This document shows, in pieces, positions 20,301 to 29,160 of a stretch of 64,000 bases of DNA. The notes beneath the pieces were generated by a model, which saw nothing but the letters and a program-made list of their open reading frames with translations, was not told the origin of the DNA and made no database searches. The position numbers and the translations under genes are program-made. Position 1 is the stretch's first letter; each line of letters begins with the position of its first letter. The stretch is from positions 329,018 to 393,017 of the forward strand of contig CP066684.1 in assembly GCA_016432325.1 (NCBI GenBank), in the 5' to 3' direction. The DNA is from Candidatus Aenigmatarchaeota archaeon (GTDB taxonomy: Archaea; Aenigmatarchaeota; Aenigmatarchaeia; PWEA01; JACQIF01).

Positions 20301-21266
20301 ATGACTTTCTGGACGGGAAAAAACGTGGCCGTTACGGGCGGAGCAGGCTTCATCGGCTCATGGCTCTGTAAAGGACTGGCAGATGCCGGCGCCAATGTGT
20401 TCGCTATGGACCTTCACGACCGCGGCCTCAAGATTCACGGCCTTGCGAACGTGCAGTACCTGAATTGCGACATCCGGGATGCGCACGCGATGCAACAGGC
20501 GCTGGGCTACCATGAAATCGAATACGTCTTCCATTTGGGCGCGCAGGCCATTGTAACGGTCGCGAACCGCGCGCCGGCGCTGACGCTGGATACGAACATC
20601 CGCGGCACGTGCAACGTACTGGAAGCGGCGCGAACGCTCGGAACCATCAAGGGAATCGTAATCGCATCGAGCGACAAGGCATACGGCGAGCACGAGACGC
20701 TTCCTTATTCCGAAGAGGCGCCTCTGATCGGGCGGCACCCTTACGACGTCTCCAAGTCGTGCACAGATTTGCTCGCACAGGCCTATCACAAGACATACAA
20801 GCTTCCTGTCGCTATCACACGCAACGGCAACGTCTACGGCGGAGGGGACGTGAACTGGAGCCGCATCATTCCCGGAACGATCCGCTCTGTCCTTCAGGGC
20901 GAGCGCCCGATAATCCGCAGCGACGGCTCGCCTACGCGCGACTATGTTTACGTGAAAGACATCGTAAACGCGTACATGCTCGTCGGCGAAAACATAAGCA
21001 AGACCGCAGGCCACGCCTTCAACTTCGGCTACAACGACCCGAAGAGCGTCCTGCAGATAGCAAATCTTCTCCTGAAAGCCGCCGACTCGGCGCTGGAACC
21101 GGTGGTCCAAGGCAACGCTCCCAACGAGATACAGAACCAGTACCTTTCATCCGAGAAGGCGCGGAGCGTGTTGGGATGGAAGCCTCAGTACGGGCTGGAC
21201 GCCGGGCTGAAGGAGACGATTGCGTGGTACCGCGATTATTTCGGAAAGACGACGCGTCAGGTTTAA
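20301..21266 (+). CDS. rfbG: CDP-glucose 4,6-dehydratase
   Basis: FWTGKNVAVTGGAGFIGSWL N-terminus and SDR catalytic region typical of RfbG/DdhB. Confidence 0.85.
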   Translation: MTFWTGKNVAVTGGAGFIGSWLCKGLADAGANVFAMDLHDRGLKIHGLANVQYLNCDIRDAHAMQQALGYHEIEYVFHLGAQAIVTVANRAPALTLDTNIRGTCNVLEAARTLGTIKGIVIASSDKAYGEHETLPYSEEAPLIGRHPYDVSKSCTDLLAQAYHKTYKLPVAITRNGNVYGGGDVNWSRIIPGTIRSVLQGERPIIRSDGSPTRDYVYVKDIVNAYMLVGENISKTAGHAFNFGYNDPKSVLQIANLLLKAADSALEPVVQGNAPNEIQNQYLSSEKARSVLGWKPQYGLDAGLKETIAWYRDYFGKTTRQV

Positions 21267-21291
21267 ATAGTTAACACTCGCTGGTGAAGAC

Positions 21292-22326
21292 ATGGCAAAA
21301 CGCATCGACTTACTTACGGTTCCGGCAACGTACGTGGACGATGTTTTCATTGCGCGCAAGGACGAAATGGTTATTCTCGGTGATCATCCGAACACAAGCG
21401 GGATGCCTCTCGTGGATCTGGGCATAGATGTAAGAAAGATAGCCCCGGACTTCAATCCTCGACATCCCCGCCAGAACACATACGTTCCAAATGTAATAGA
21501 TATGAGCACACGCGATGGCTCCGTTTATCTCAAACACGGCTGGACAGACATGCAGAGCCAGTTCAACCTGCGCGACCTGTACCAAAAGACACAAGAGGGC
21601 TCCAAAGAAAGGGAGATTCTTGAGACGCGCGTAAATCCCGTAGGCGCCATAATGGTCACGACAGCAACAAGCGAAGACGGCCAGAACTACATTCTCGCAG
21701 AGATGAGAAGCAAGAACGTTCAGGTTCCTGGAAAGGTGATGCCGGCTCCGGCAGGCGGCTGGGAAGGCTTGCTCACGGAGAAGCCAGTATTGCCCGGCAA
21801 ATCCGAGCCTGTGTGGCGCGACGTCTATTCAAACAAGGTATCGATAGACACCATGGGAGACGCCATACAGATAGAGGCCTACGAGGAAACAGGAATGCTG
21901 CGCGGCGACTACTCGAAGCCAAAGCTCACAGGAATCGGCAGGGACCTTTGGATGGCGTTCAACCCGACACTCTTCTACATGACGGAGAGCAACCTTACAT
22001 TCGAACAGCTCAAGGAACGCGCGAGAACTGCACCAGAGGCTGCGGAGCACGAACTCACATTTGGCATAATAGCCGACGAAGAGGGCGTGAGCAAGTTCCT
22101 TTTGGAAGAGCGCGACGAACGCAACAAGACGCTCCCAGACGTAGACTTCAAAGGCCAAAACATAGGAACCGGCGACGCAGCGATGTTGGCGTGGGGCTGG
22201 AATACCTTCGGAATCACGTGGTCGAGTGAGACTGTCAAGGCCATGGAATCAAAACGCGATCTGCATGTTCGCAGGACACGCTCGTACCCGAGGGACGAGG
22301 TTCTAGACGTATCCGAAGTCGCGTAG
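21292..22326 (+). CDS. Hypothetical protein (344 aa, cysteine-free) embedded in CDP-dideoxyhexose operon
   Basis: Tight spacing between rfbG and RmlC-like gene; no recognisable family motifs. Confidence 0.5.
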   Translation: MAKRIDLLTVPATYVDDVFIARKDEMVILGDHPNTSGMPLVDLGIDVRKIAPDFNPRHPRQNTYVPNVIDMSTRDGSVYLKHGWTDMQSQFNLRDLYQKTQEGSKEREILETRVNPVGAIMVTTATSEDGQNYILAEMRSKNVQVPGKVMPAPAGGWEGLLTEKPVLPGKSEPVWRDVYSNKVSIDTMGDAIQIEAYEETGMLRGDYSKPKLTGIGRDLWMAFNPTLFYMTESNLTFEQLKERARTAPEAAEHELTFGIIADEEGVSKFLLEERDERNKTLPDVDFKGQNIGTGDAAMLAWGWNTFGITWSSETVKAMESKRDLHVRRTRSYPRDEVLDVSEVA

Positions 22327-22390
22327 AAACGTGCGATGGCTGCCCAGTCGCCTTTTTAAACTTTGTCTCATATCTCTGTCTTGTGATGCA

Positions 22391-22954
22391 ATGCCCTTCG
22401 CCTTTGAGAAACTAGCAATACCCGACGTCGTACTGGTGACACCTCACATCTTCGAGGACGCGCGCGGATTCTTCATAAAGTTCTATCACAGGGGCGAATA
22501 CGCAAAGAACGGAATCGCGTGCACGTTCGTCGAGGACAGCCACTCGCGCTCGCAGTACGGAGTGCTCCGCGGACTGCACTTCCAGAAAGGCGCGGCTTCG
22601 GAAGCGAAGCTCGTGCGCTGCATACGGGGGAGCGTCTACGACGTCGCCGTCGATTTGCGCAAGGGCTCGTCCACGTTCGGCAAGCATGTGGCCGTGGTTC
22701 TATCCGAACAGAACAAGAAGCTTCTCTTCATTCCGCGCGGCTTCGCACATGGCTTCTTGGTTACGAGCAAAGAAGGCGCGGAGATGCAGTACAAGATGGA
22801 CGCGCCCTACGCGCCGGACGCGGACGCGGGCCTCGCATGGAACGACCCGCGCGTCAGCGTACAATGGCCTATAAAGGCTCCAACGCTTTCAGAGAAGGAC
22901 AAGAAGCTGCCCGAATTGGCGGAACTGAAGGACGAGGAATTGCCTAAGCCATAA
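22391..22954 (+). CDS. Cupin sugar-nucleotide 3,5-/5-epimerase (RmlC family)
   Basis: PHIFEDARGFF...GLHFQ...RGFAHGF RmlC motifs; ATG 22391 with TATA at 22357-22367. Confidence 0.8.
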   Translation: MPFAFEKLAIPDVVLVTPHIFEDARGFFIKFYHRGEYAKNGIACTFVEDSHSRSQYGVLRGLHFQKGAASEAKLVRCIRGSVYDVAVDLRKGSSTFGKHVAVVLSEQNKKLLFIPRGFAHGFLVTSKEGAEMQYKMDAPYAPDADAGLAWNDPRVSVQWPIKAPTLSEKDKKLPELAELKDEELPKP

Positions 22955-23825
22955 GCTCGCGCATCGCCTGGGCGCCTTCGACAACACCGCGCATCTTTAT
23001 CTTCAGTTTTGTTATCTTTTCTATAGAGAGCTTGACGCGCTGGCGCTTCGCGGGCAGTCCGAAAGCCGAGCTGTCGACGGCCTCTATCAACTTCGCATCG
23101 AGACCGAACACGCCCGCTACGGCAACGGCCCAATCATAGCGGTTGACGAAGTCGGAACCAACGACGTTGTATGTTCCCATCCTTCCTTTATCGATAAGAT
23201 CCAGAACCGCGTTTACGAAGTCAGGAATGTATGTCGGCGAGTTGTACCAGTCGCGCGGCTCGCGCACGCTCTCGCCTGCGCGCATCTTCTCGACCGCGCG
23301 CAAAACGGTGTTCGTCTTGTGCCACGGTTCCACGAGCCCGTAGGGCTGGGACGTACGAACGATGAGATGTTTGAGGCCCGACGCACGCACGAGCTCCTCG
23401 CCTTTGAGTTTCGTGGCGCCGTAATAGTTTATCGCGTTAGGGATGTCATCCTCTGCGTACGCGTCCTTGGAACCATCGAAGACCGCTTCGGTAGAGACGT
23501 AGACGATTTTCGCGTTTGCCGTTTTGCAGGCGTTTATCACGTTTTCTGTTCCTTGCACGTTCACAGCATCGGCCAGCGCGCGATCCGTCTCGCACAGGTC
23601 GACGTTCGTCAATGCGCTGCAGTGCACCACGACACGCGGCTTGACCATCGATATCAGTTCAGAAACGGCCTTCGCGTCACGAATGTCCAAGGGGTGCGCG
23701 ACAACTGTGCTCTGCCGCGGGTTGCGGCTCGCGTACGTGACGATGGCCTCGTCCCCCCGCGCGGCGAACGCCTTGGCCAACGCGTAACCGAGCGTGCCGC
23801 TGCCTCCTGTGATGAGTACGCGCAT
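22944..23825 (-). CDS. NDP-4-dehydro-6-deoxyhexose reductase (RmlD family)
   Basis: MRVLITGGSGTLG...; internal ATG 23825; TATA ~25 nt upstream on minus strand. Confidence 0.8.
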   Translation of the reverse strand: MRVLITGGSGTLGYALAKAFAARGDEAIVTYASRNPRQSTVVAHPLDIRDAKAVSELISMVKPRVVVHCSALTNVDLCETDRALADAVNVQGTENVINACKTANAKIVYVSTEAVFDGSKDAYAEDDIPNAINYYGATKLKGEELVRASGLKHLIVRTSQPYGLVEPWHKTNTVLRAVEKMRAGESVREPRDWYNSPTYIPDFVNAVLDLIDKGRMGTYNVVGSDFVNRYDWAVAVAGVFGLDAKLIEAVDSSAFGLPAKRQRVKLSIEKITKLKIKMRGVVEGAQAMRELMA

Positions 23826-23876
23826 ACAAGAGGAACGGCTGTAGGCTTTATATTGCTTGCGCACGAAGCTTCTGCC
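23826..23876. promoter_or_regulatory. 51-bp divergent promoter with shared near-palindromic TATA (CTTTATATTGC) for RmlD-like and C-methyltransferase genes
   Basis: TATA centred ~25 nt from both leaderless start codons. Confidence 0.5.
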
Positions 23877-25130
23877 ATGAAAATCGGCCGCTACAAAAAG
23901 AACGACCGCTGCCGCGCCTGCGACAGCACGAGCCTCAAGATGTTCCTCGATTTGGGGCTGATGCCTCTGATAAACAACATGCTGAACGAAGAGCAGCTCA
24001 AGGACGCCGAGAACGAACCACATTATCCTCTCGAAGTGTATCTTTGCACCAACTGCGGGCTCGTCCAGCTCATACACGTCGTGCCGCCGGAAGACATGTT
24101 CTCTCATTACGTGTACCTCACGTCGACGTCTTCAACGATGGTCGCGCATCTGAAGGGGATGACAGACGACATCTACGAACGCTTCCTGAAGAGCAAGACC
24201 GAAGCGATGGCCGTGGACATAGGCAGCAACGACGGCACGCTCCTGAAGGGCTACCTTCCGCACGGCGTGGACGTGCTGGGCATCGACCCGGCCGTTAACG
24301 TGGCTGAACTCGCAAACAAGTCCGGCGTGCGCACGATGGTGGCATTCTTCGGCGAGCAGACGGCAAAAGACGCGGCCAAGGCTTTCGGCAAGGCAGACGC
24401 GATAACGGCCACGAACGCCTTCGCGCACATAGACGACTGGGCGTCCGTGATACGCGGCGTCGACGCTCTCCTGAAGGACGACGGAGTGTTCGTGATAGAA
24501 GCGCCGTACCTCGTCGACCTGATAGACCACACCGAATTCGACACGATATACCACGAGCATCTTTCGTATGTCTCTCTCACGCCGCTCACCAAGCTCTTCC
24601 CCAAGTTCGGCATGGAGGTCTTCGATGTAAAGCGCCTCCCCATCCACGGCGGCTCTCTCAGAATCTTCGTCTGCAGGAAGGACGCGCACAAGATTACGAA
24701 GAACGTCACAGCGATGCTCGAGGACGAGGAGCAGCGCAAGCTGACGGAACTCGAAACCTACAAGCAGTTCGCCAAGCGCGTCGAGGACCTGAAGACGGAC
24801 TTCGTCAAGATTCTCCAAGGCTTCAAGAAACAGGGTAAGCGCGTGGCAGGCTACGGCGCGGCCGCCAAGGGGAACGTCCTCCTGAACTACTTCAAGGTCG
24901 GCCCGGAGACAATAGACTTCATCGCCGACAAGAATCCGCTGAAACAGAATCTATATACGCCGGGAATGCACATACCCGTTTACGCGCCGTCAAAGATAGC
25001 AGAGGAAGAGCCCGACTATCTGGTCGTGCTGGTCTGGAACATCGCCAAGGAGATTATGGAAGAGCAGCGGGCGTACAAAGAAAACGGCGGCAAGTTCGTC
25101 GTCCCGATACCGAAGCCGACGGTCGTTTGA
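23877..25130 (+). CDS. NDP-hexose C-methyltransferase-like (TylC3/NovU-type: Zn-ribbon + SAM MTase + C-terminal C-MT domain)
   Basis: N-terminal CRAC...CTNC zinc motif, class I MTase core (DIGSNDG), C-terminal domain; listed ORF 23319 is over-extended. Confidence 0.65.
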   Translation: MKIGRYKKNDRCRACDSTSLKMFLDLGLMPLINNMLNEEQLKDAENEPHYPLEVYLCTNCGLVQLIHVVPPEDMFSHYVYLTSTSSTMVAHLKGMTDDIYERFLKSKTEAMAVDIGSNDGTLLKGYLPHGVDVLGIDPAVNVAELANKSGVRTMVAFFGEQTAKDAAKAFGKADAITATNAFAHIDDWASVIRGVDALLKDDGVFVIEAPYLVDLIDHTEFDTIYHEHLSYVSLTPLTKLFPKFGMEVFDVKRLPIHGGSLRIFVCRKDAHKITKNVTAMLEDEEQRKLTELETYKQFAKRVEDLKTDFVKILQGFKKQGKRVAGYGAAAKGNVLLNYFKVGPETIDFIADKNPLKQNLYTPGMHIPVYAPSKIAEEEPDYLVVLVWNIAKEIMEEQRAYKENGGKFVVPIPKPTVV

Positions 25131-25196
25131 TTCCTCTTCGAACTGCGTTCCGGTGTCCTATTTAAAACTTTCTCCCGTTATACCTTATTGGTAATC

Positions 25197-25856
25197 ATGC
25201 CTTTCGTAAAGCGCGTAATTTTCGACATGGACGGCACGCTGGTGAACAGCATGCCAACGTACACAGGCGCCTTCGCGGATGTTATGGGGAAACGCGGTGT
25301 TCCCCGCGACGAGGCTGGCTCTTTTCTCATAAACTCGGCTGGAACGCCACTGCAGCAGCAGTTCTACGCATTGATCGGAAAGCACGACATCAAGGCAGAT
25401 ATCGATGAGTGCACAGCCGAGTTCTGGGAGATAGTTAAAAGGTCGACTCCTGTCGCTTTTGCAGATACGGAAAGCGTCGTACGCACGCTGCGCAACCAAG
25501 ACCGCAGGCTGTACATAACCACAGGCACCAAGACAGAAGAGGCGAAATTGCGCCTCGGGGCCGTGGGTATAGCACATTATTTCGATTTGATTCTGGGAGA
25601 CGGCGGAGGCCTGACGAAAGGGCCGGAACACATGGAAGCCATAAGGAAGCATCTTGGAGAAGACAACTTCGAGAGGTCCGCTGTCTACGTCGGAGACGGC
25701 CCCGCCGACATGCGGTTCGCGACAGAAGCGCGCATAATCCCCATAGGGATCACGCACACAGTGCAACGGCAGAGACTGGAAGACGCAGGAGCCCTCCGCG
25801 TCATAGACTCTCTGGACGAACTGCCGCCGCTGCTCGCAGAACTTGACGTGGCCTAA
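25197..25856 (+). CDS. HAD-superfamily hydrolase (phosphatase)
   Basis: FDMDGTLV motif I, HAD fold motifs; TATA 25158-25168. Confidence 0.7.
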   Translation: MPFVKRVIFDMDGTLVNSMPTYTGAFADVMGKRGVPRDEAGSFLINSAGTPLQQQFYALIGKHDIKADIDECTAEFWEIVKRSTPVAFADTESVVRTLRNQDRRLYITTGTKTEEAKLRLGAVGIAHYFDLILGDGGGLTKGPEHMEAIRKHLGEDNFERSAVYVGDGPADMRFATEARIIPIGITHTVQRQRLEDAGALRVIDSLDELPPLLAELDVA

Positions 25857-25892
25857 ACGCGCTTTTATAGGCTTCTTCTGTATTTTGGTTGT

Positions 25893-26579
25893 TTGGGTGT
25901 GCATTTGAGAATCTACGCTATAATACCTGGGCTCAACGTGGCCGGAACAGTGGGCCCTGTCGTCAGGGAAACCAGAAGACATGTCAACCGCGTCATTTTC
26001 GTCGACGACGGCTCTACTGACAAGAGCGGCGCCGTCGCCAAGAAGGCGGGCGCGCATGCCATCGTACTGGATAGAAACTACGGAAAGGGCTTCGCTCTTC
26101 GCGCAGGAATGAAGCAGGCGCTCAGGGAAGGCGCGGACGTAATCATTACTCTGGATTCCGACGGCCAGCACTATCCGAAATACATTCCGGCGTTTCTCCG
26201 GGCGTTGCGCGACGCGGACGTCGTGATAGGCTCGCGATACGCGGGACGCTTCTACACCCTCACGAGAAACGTCATAGGCAATTACGGGTTGAGTTTCATC
26301 ACAAACATCCTCGCGTCAGGCCCGCAGGGATTCTTGCGCCACAGGTGGATAGCCGACACGGAGTCAGGCTTCCGCGCCTTCCGCGCTGGCGCCCTCCGCA
26401 GGATGGACCTTCGGGGGATGAGATACGAAATAGAGGCCGAATGTGTCTACGAAGCCATGAGAAAGGGCTTAAAGGTCGTGGAAGTGCCGATCGTCACGCG
26501 TGCGCGCATAAAGGGAGTGCGCATCCGCGACGGTGTCAGCAACGGCCTATATTTATTCAAGAAGGCGTTTAGGCTGTGA
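25893..26579 (+). CDS. GT2 Dol-P-hexose synthase-like glycosyltransferase (third Dpm-like)
   Basis: AIIPGLN...VDDGSTD...TLDSDGQH motifs; TTG/GTG start near 25893-25905. Confidence 0.7.
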   Translation: MGVHLRIYAIIPGLNVAGTVGPVVRETRRHVNRVIFVDDGSTDKSGAVAKKAGAHAIVLDRNYGKGFALRAGMKQALREGADVIITLDSDGQHYPKYIPAFLRALRDADVVIGSRYAGRFYTLTRNVIGNYGLSFITNILASGPQGFLRHRWIADTESGFRAFRAGALRRMDLRGMRYEIEAECVYEAMRKGLKVVEVPIVTRARIKGVRIRDGVSNGLYLFKKAFRL

Positions 26580-26587
26580 GTGGTTGA

Positions 26588-28150
26588 ATGGAAATAAGGA
26601 AAGAGACCCTCAAGAACGTGGCGTGGCTGTCCTTGCTGTTCATATGCCTCGGTTCGATATTCTACTCAGAGGCGCTGGTAAGTGAGCGCACGACGATACT
26701 GTTCGGCGACGAGGGGTATTGGGGCGTTCTGGGCAAATGGACGGCCCAAACGATGAAATTGCCGACAGACCCCATCTATTCGGGCGGCACGAACGTCTAC
26801 ACTGAAAAGTTCACCAACACGTACCTGCACGCGCTGTTCACGGCCGGCCTGTTCAGGCTTGGAGGGGAGCCGCTCGTCAAAGCGTCCAGTCCGTTGCTGG
26901 TGTTGATGACGTCTCTTCTTGTGTTCGTATTCGTCAGGCGCATGTACGGCATAGAGGCGGCCTCTTTCTCTACCATCCTGTTCGCGTCCTTGCCATCCGT
27001 CGTAACGCACGGCGTCTTGCTGTACTCAGACATGCTCCTGACGCTGTTCGTTCTCGCCTCCTTCGTGCTTCTTCACAGAGGTCTTTCTGGCAACAGCTCC
27101 AAACACCTGCTCCTTGCAGGAATATTCGGAGGCCTTGCCATGCTGACCAAGGAGAGCGGCTTCCTCCTGATGCCGCTGTATGCGCTGGCGATCCTGACGT
27201 TCGACAAGAAACTCGACGCGCCGTTCCTGAAGAAGTGCGCCGTTGTCGCCGGCGCAGCGCTTCTGGTAGCGCTGCCTTGGTACGGCATCCACAACTACCT
27301 GCAGTTCGGTACTCTGGGATCCATCCCGATAGTAGGCAGCGCTGTGGTGGAGTACACAGGCACAGGCCTCCAGTCCGCGGCAGAGTTCGCCGGCCGAACC
27401 GCGGGAGGCGGCACAGAAGCGTCGGTGACAGGATACGGCCTTCTGAACTACGCGTCGTTTGCGTACACGATAGGCGTATTCTTCCTCGCGATAGGCGGCT
27501 TCTCTTACATGGCATACAGCAAGCGCAAGCAGGATTACTTGTGGCTCCTTTTCACACTTCTGCTCTTCGCAATCCCGCTCTATCTCGGCAACTGGAGGGC
27601 GGAGGACGCCGCGCGTTTCACGCTTCCGGCCGCACTCGGCTTCGGCGCGGCGGCAGGGCTCTTCTGCAGTGAGATATACAAGAACCTCAGGACCTTCGGC
27701 GGAACCGCGGGCAAAATCGCCGCCGTATCGTTCGTGCTGGTACTGACGCTCACTACCGCGCTGACCGGCGTGGCCAAGGCGGACGGTCTCGCCGGAATAA
27801 AGGTCTTTCCCCAGGGATTCTACGACGGATGCGATTGGATAAGAGAGAACACGCCGCAGGACGCCGGGTTCATGACCCTCTGGTCGAGCCGCGCCGCCTA
27901 CCACTGTGAACGCGATTTCTACTGGTCTCACCTGCCGGACTTCAACGACATAATCCTCGGCGACGCAGACCTGACATACACGAAGCTCAACGAGCATGGA
28001 ATAGACTACATATACATACAGAAGTTCTCGATAAGCTTCCAGCCCCTCGTGGAGTCTTACCCACTGGAGTTCGTAAGGAAACTGGAAGATACAGACAAAT
28101 ACGAGAATGTATACGAGAACGCAGACGTCATAGTGTTCAAGGTGAAATGA
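26588..28150 (+). CDS. GT-C fold glycosyltransferase (PMT_2/ArnT-like), paralog 3
   Basis: 520 aa polytopic, ArnT/PMT-like N-terminal region; 8-nt gap after Dpm-like gene. Confidence 0.6.
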   Translation: MEIRKETLKNVAWLSLLFICLGSIFYSEALVSERTTILFGDEGYWGVLGKWTAQTMKLPTDPIYSGGTNVYTEKFTNTYLHALFTAGLFRLGGEPLVKASSPLLVLMTSLLVFVFVRRMYGIEAASFSTILFASLPSVVTHGVLLYSDMLLTLFVLASFVLLHRGLSGNSSKHLLLAGIFGGLAMLTKESGFLLMPLYALAILTFDKKLDAPFLKKCAVVAGAALLVALPWYGIHNYLQFGTLGSIPIVGSAVVEYTGTGLQSAAEFAGRTAGGGTEASVTGYGLLNYASFAYTIGVFFLAIGGFSYMAYSKRKQDYLWLLFTLLLFAIPLYLGNWRAEDAARFTLPAALGFGAAAGLFCSEIYKNLRTFGGTAGKIAAVSFVLVLTLTTALTGVAKADGLAGIKVFPQGFYDGCDWIRENTPQDAGFMTLWSSRAAYHCERDFYWSHLPDFNDIILGDADLTYTKLNEHGIDYIYIQKFSISFQPLVESYPLEFVRKLEDTDKYENVYENADVIVFKVK

Positions 28151-29160
28151 CGATGGCCCTCGAAATTCTGTCCGTGGCGCTGCTGGCGTTTCTCACGACG
28201 CTCTTTTTGCTGCCGCGCTTCAAGGCGTACTTGGAGAATTCGGGCGTCGTAGGCACGGACGTTCAGAAGGCCGACAAGCCGTGGATGGCCTCTTCTGGCG
28301 GGCTGCCCGTCGTATTCGGCTTCCTCGCAGGCGTCCTGGCGTTCGTCTTTTTCGACGGGTTCCTGCTGTTCTTCAAGACAGACCTTGCCAAGATATTCGC
28401 CGGCACGCTGTCTGTTGTTCTGGCGATGCTTGTTGGACTTCTCGACGACATACACTCGCGACGCAGGGGCTCGAGGCGTCTCGGCGTCCATGTCGGTCTC
28501 AGGCAGTGGCAGAAGCCTCTCCTGACGCTCGCCGCGGCCGTGCCTCTCATGGTCTCGAAAGCCGGAGTGACGCTGATATCCGTCCCGTTCTTCGGCAACG
28601 TGGACTTTGGCGTCTTGTATCCCCTGTTCCTCGTGCCTGTGGCCGTCGTCTGCGTCACGAACGCGGCAAACATGCTGGCAGGCATGAACGGCCTTGAGGC
28701 AGGCATGGGTTCTGTGGCGCTGCTGGGCGCAGGGACTTACGCCCTCATCTCAGGCAATCTCGAAGGCGCGGCCATAGGACTCTCCGCTGGCGCCGCGCTG
28801 CTGGCCTTCCTCGTCTTCAACTTCTATCCGGCGCGCATACTCCCCGGAGACAGTTTGACGTACCTGATAGGCGCCGCCTTCATTGCAACCATAATCGTCG
28901 GCAACATCGAAAAGTTCGGAGCCATCGTCTTCATGCCTTGGATCGCGGAAGCGTTCCTCAAACTGCGCTCGGGCTTCCGGGCTGAATCCGTGGGAGTGCT
29001 GCAGCCGAACGGCACGCTCAGGTCAAAGCACGACAAGATATATTCGCTGACGCACGTCGGAATGAGACTCGGTCTCACCGAGAAACAGATAACGACATCC
29101 CTGATACTTCTGGAACTCGCGCTCGTGCTGCTGGCGTTCAGATTCGTAACAACCGTTTAA
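28147..29160 (+). CDS. UDP-GlcNAc:dolichyl-phosphate GlcNAc-1-phosphotransferase (AglH/GPT, MraY/WecA family)
   Basis: VTNAANMLAGMNGLEAG (MraY/WecA signature), 10-11 TM. Confidence 0.75.
   Translation: MTMALEILSVALLAFLTTLFLLPRFKAYLENSGVVGTDVQKADKPWMASSGGLPVVFGFLAGVLAFVFFDGFLLFFKTDLAKIFAGTLSVVLAMLVGLLDDIHSRRRGSRRLGVHVGLRQWQKPLLTLAAAVPLMVSKAGVTLISVPFFGNVDFGVLYPLFLVPVAVVCVTNAANMLAGMNGLEAGMGSVALLGAGTYALISGNLEGAAIGLSAGAALLAFLVFNFYPARILPGDSLTYLIGAAFIATIIVGNIEKFGAIVFMPWIAEAFLKLRSGFRAESVGVLQPNGTLRSKHDKIYSLTHVGMRLGLTEKQITTSLILLELALVLLAFRFVTTV

Noticed and set aside
23319-23876. N-terminal 186-aa extension of the C-methyltransferase ORF (603 aa)
   Set aside because: Extension is antisense to the RmlD-like gene and precedes a TATA box; family N-terminus (Zn-ribbon CRAC...CTNC) starts at ATG 23877.
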